From Tubiluchus corallicola (taxonomy: Eukaryota > Animalia > Priapulida): DNA of 64,000 bases. Positions 63,201 to 64,000 of this stretch are shown piece by piece. The position numbers were made by a program, and so were the translations under genes. Each line of letters starts with the position of its first letter. Within the stretch, counting starts at the first letter, position 1. The stretch lies in assembly GCA_030141605.1 (NCBI GenBank), contig JAQGDQ010001067.1:1-64000 (forward strand), read 5' to 3'. The notes under the pieces are model-generated. The model did no database searches and was not told the DNA's origin. It saw nothing but the letters and a program-made list of their open reading frames with translations.

Positions 63201-63737
63201 AAAGTGACGAAAAACCCATGTCAGTGCTACAAATGACATGACAGTTATAAAATTAGCACAGTAATTTTCTGTAACAGAACCACCTCTCTGCTCCACAGAG
63301 TAAGCTTCTACTGTTACAAGCCTACAGTTCTTTTACAGTCAATTTTTTCACTACTCACGTTTATCTTTCTCTGGCGATATTGTGCACTTTCCACTAGCAT
63401 TTGCATTCTTTCTCTGACACTTGTTGAGAGAAATAAGCAGGTGTTTTTTTTCTAAACAGGTATCACAAACTTTGATTTGTTGGGCGACTTCAGCCGGATT
63501 GACTGGTTGACCAACTTCCGCATAGTTCTTTTTTACAATCTGGTTTTTGCCGTTGCGACCGCCATATGCTTGGTGACAAAATTTACAGGGGCCGTGCGTC
63601 GAGAGCTTTATGTGCGTTTGGGCTTCGAGCACATTTCGCGTTTAAAGCATGAGGATTGGGCATCACATTTTAAGAAATTACCAAGTCTAGCTAATGGTAT
63701 TCCTTCACTGGTTAATAACAAAGCAAAGCCTGACTAG
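39242..63737 (+). CDS. LMBR1: Limb region 1 protein homolog (LMBR1/LMBR1L family membrane protein), 513 aa, 14 coding exons
   Basis: Exons 39242-39301, 42303-42396, 49553-49583, 55606-55745, 56680-56783, 57014-57140, 57502-57570, 57851-57915, 58339-58525, 60096-60172, 60491-60568, 60799-60872, 61632-61789, 63460-63737; phase-compatible (1542 nt). Motifs REQIFHNVVRE, LLLPFSIISNEVLL, GLWNLVFLFSNL, ESEGF, CTPVGF, LSTFGPVGAA, LSSALPVLARTLGITNFDLLGDF. Confidence 0.95.
39325..40742 (-). mobile_element. Decayed L2/Crack-clade LINE 3' fragment in LMBR1 intron 1
   Basis: 40320-40740 encodes HATPSYIKLKLLKLRDICKLELATFVYRYTNNLLPELYSNY, homologous to the 17159 ORF; shares the 3' stem-loop (39406-39447). 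Confidence 0.8.
41935..42185. repeat. Direct tandem duplication, period 124 bp
   Basis: CAGAACAATTTCAGAACAGTCAC...GTTGATC(C/A)CTTAGCT starts at 41941 and again at 42065. Confidence 0.92.
42892..43381. mobile_element. Non-autonomous TIR DNA transposon (MITE), superfamily uncertain
   Basis: TIR G(A/G)GTCATTCCATGTCAATTCACCCA plus extended subterminal inverted similarity (CGACCATCT..GATGAAACTTGGC..TTATTGGGCCT); TSD unclear. Confidence 0.85.
45316..46734 (-). CDS. Pro/Gln/Tyr-rich low-complexity protein (472 aa from first ATG), nested antisense in LMBR1 intron 2
   Basis: 1.4-kb stop-free frame with raised GC in AT-rich intron DNA; TTTTATTTTACAG acceptor ending at 46762; amino-acid-level 12-mer repeats; unique C-terminus. 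No family recognised; an upstream coding exon cannot be excluded. Confidence 0.75.
   Translation of the reverse strand: MYPMRGPGGTPTPETAGVEAMKTHSTLPPQYLQTITRSPQYQSTPNYGASLQSLSSIGMYPSQKLQPYQAVTQKQTLQPYQAVKPKPVVPSYPAATQKPVLQPYQAATAKVLLQPYQAVPKPKQQTYQPVTQKSMLPSYQPAFTSYQGTTLHPVLQPYKPSTVHAVLTQYQTTTQHPVLRPYKVAQPYQTNHQGRVSSQQYVATPQRAAIQPYQGTQQYPALSAEQHPMLKSSYSSAAIQPYAGKPATQNFPSAQPPPVLQQHQLQTPMGAQPQYSSTSRGPPPPRQNHNMMTPGSGAYEFSIAMQKVYGSPTVFGPSPTYNPAYDPRRPPRAPPRPVPQGNAPPPPPPQSQPQPQPQPQAQSQPFGPQLNSQAQPQGPQPYGPQPNAQRPPGNYKMAGVQAPPVPSSKQFQTGGMGLAPPGGTGFEDPSPGLLPQNVKHTINDGFYRGTSGQSTNFMTSTNRGAYGVSQNL
47300..47780. repeat. CAGAC-rich degenerate satellite with ~110-bp higher-order units
   Basis: CACCA..AGATCA.ATCTCAGAC...CTCACAGACTGG...GATAATCACAGA block repeated three times. 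Confidence 0.8.
50990..51245. repeat. Compound trinucleotide microsatellite (ATT/GTT/GCT/ATC)n
   Basis: Visible directly; explains the poly-I/L/N ORFs in the track. Confidence 0.97.
51975..52135. mobile_element. Small repeat element with inverted GGAAAAAAGTCAC-type motifs around telomere-like TTAGGG units
   Basis: GAAAAGTCAC and GGAAAAAAGTCA on the left, GTGCCTTTTTTCC and GTGACTTTTTT on the right, with TTAGGGTT/GGGGTTAG between them. Confidence 0.55.
52200..52763 (+). mobile_element. Rex1/Babar-type LINE 3' fragment (tail resumes at 53500-53535)
   Basis: LTISLTVWYG...LDQIVKSAAKI...RVIKRAQVIMKDEFH...F..PP matches the Rex1/Babar RT C-terminus; 3' end CAAATTTCATTGTA...ACAATAAA. Confidence 0.75.
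52764..53499. mobile_element. Foldback-type TIR element (736 bp) with internal tandem arrays
   Basis: 23-bp TIR GGTTTTACATGTCAAATGTAGAC, TATA on both flanks, 60-bp (3x20) tandem units in the left arm and inverted copies in the right arm. Confidence 0.9.
53540..53857 (+). mobile_element. Possible Helitron/Helentron-derived non-autonomous fragment
   Basis: TTTGACCTT...AAGGTCAAA and TGACCTTT..AAAGGTCA palindromes, GTGACCTGTGGCCCATG near the end, terminal CTAG|T. Confidence 0.4.
54665..55050 (-). mobile_element. Orphan L2/Crack 3' UTR end
   Basis: Carries the same stem-loop (54781-54823) and a minus-strand AATAAA near 54672; no coding remnant recognised. Confidence 0.55.
58655..59415. repeat. 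25-bp minisatellite (~30 units) in LMBR1 intron 9
   Basis: Unit TGTCAAATGTGTCACTGTTTTATTC; period 25 (59341 to 59366). Confidence 0.96.
60873..61631 (+). other. U12-type (minor spliceosome) GT-AG intron, LMBR1 intron 12
   Basis: Donor GTATCTTTT; branch site TTCCTTGAC at 61611-61619 with the A 13 nt before the intron end; boundaries fixed by the reading frame. Confidence 0.85.
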
Positions 63738-64000
63738 AACAAAGCTGAGAGAATTTATGTCAGGTGTCATTTACCTAAATTAATACATGATGTTGATGAG
63801 TTATAAATTATACAGAACTTTCCTGATGTAATCCAGCCAATTGAGAGACAAAAACTTATCTGTAAACTGAAATTAAAACTAGTCTCATTTTAGGGTCCAA
63901 AATGCAAAACATGTTTTAATGTAAAACTGAATGTAAAGCCATAAATTGCAAAAAAAATTCTTTTTTGTGCATGGGAAATCAGGTCTTTCTGTTATTCACA

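Overview
AT-rich eukaryotic DNA, most likely a non-vertebrate bilaterian (spliceosomal GT-AG introns, animal-type genes, LINEs, MITEs, minisatellites); no prokaryotic features. Six protein-coding genes can be built from the sequence: a kelch-repeat protein (-, single coding exon), DIS3L2 (-, single coding exon), a 7-exon SCP/calexcitin-type EF-hand gene (+), GLE1 (-, 2 coding exons), LMBR1 (+, 14 coding exons, one U12-type intron), and an unrecognised Pro/Gln/Tyr-rich gene nested antisense in LMBR1 intron 2. The window opens with a near-perfect inverted duplication of at least 2.35 kb (1-2360 mirrored by 6005-8365) that could be a real fold-back or an assembly/amplification chimera. Repeats include RTEX-like, CR1, L2/Crack and Rex/Babar LINE fragments, several TIR MITEs and minisatellites. 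All family assignments come from motif recognition by eye; no database searches were run.
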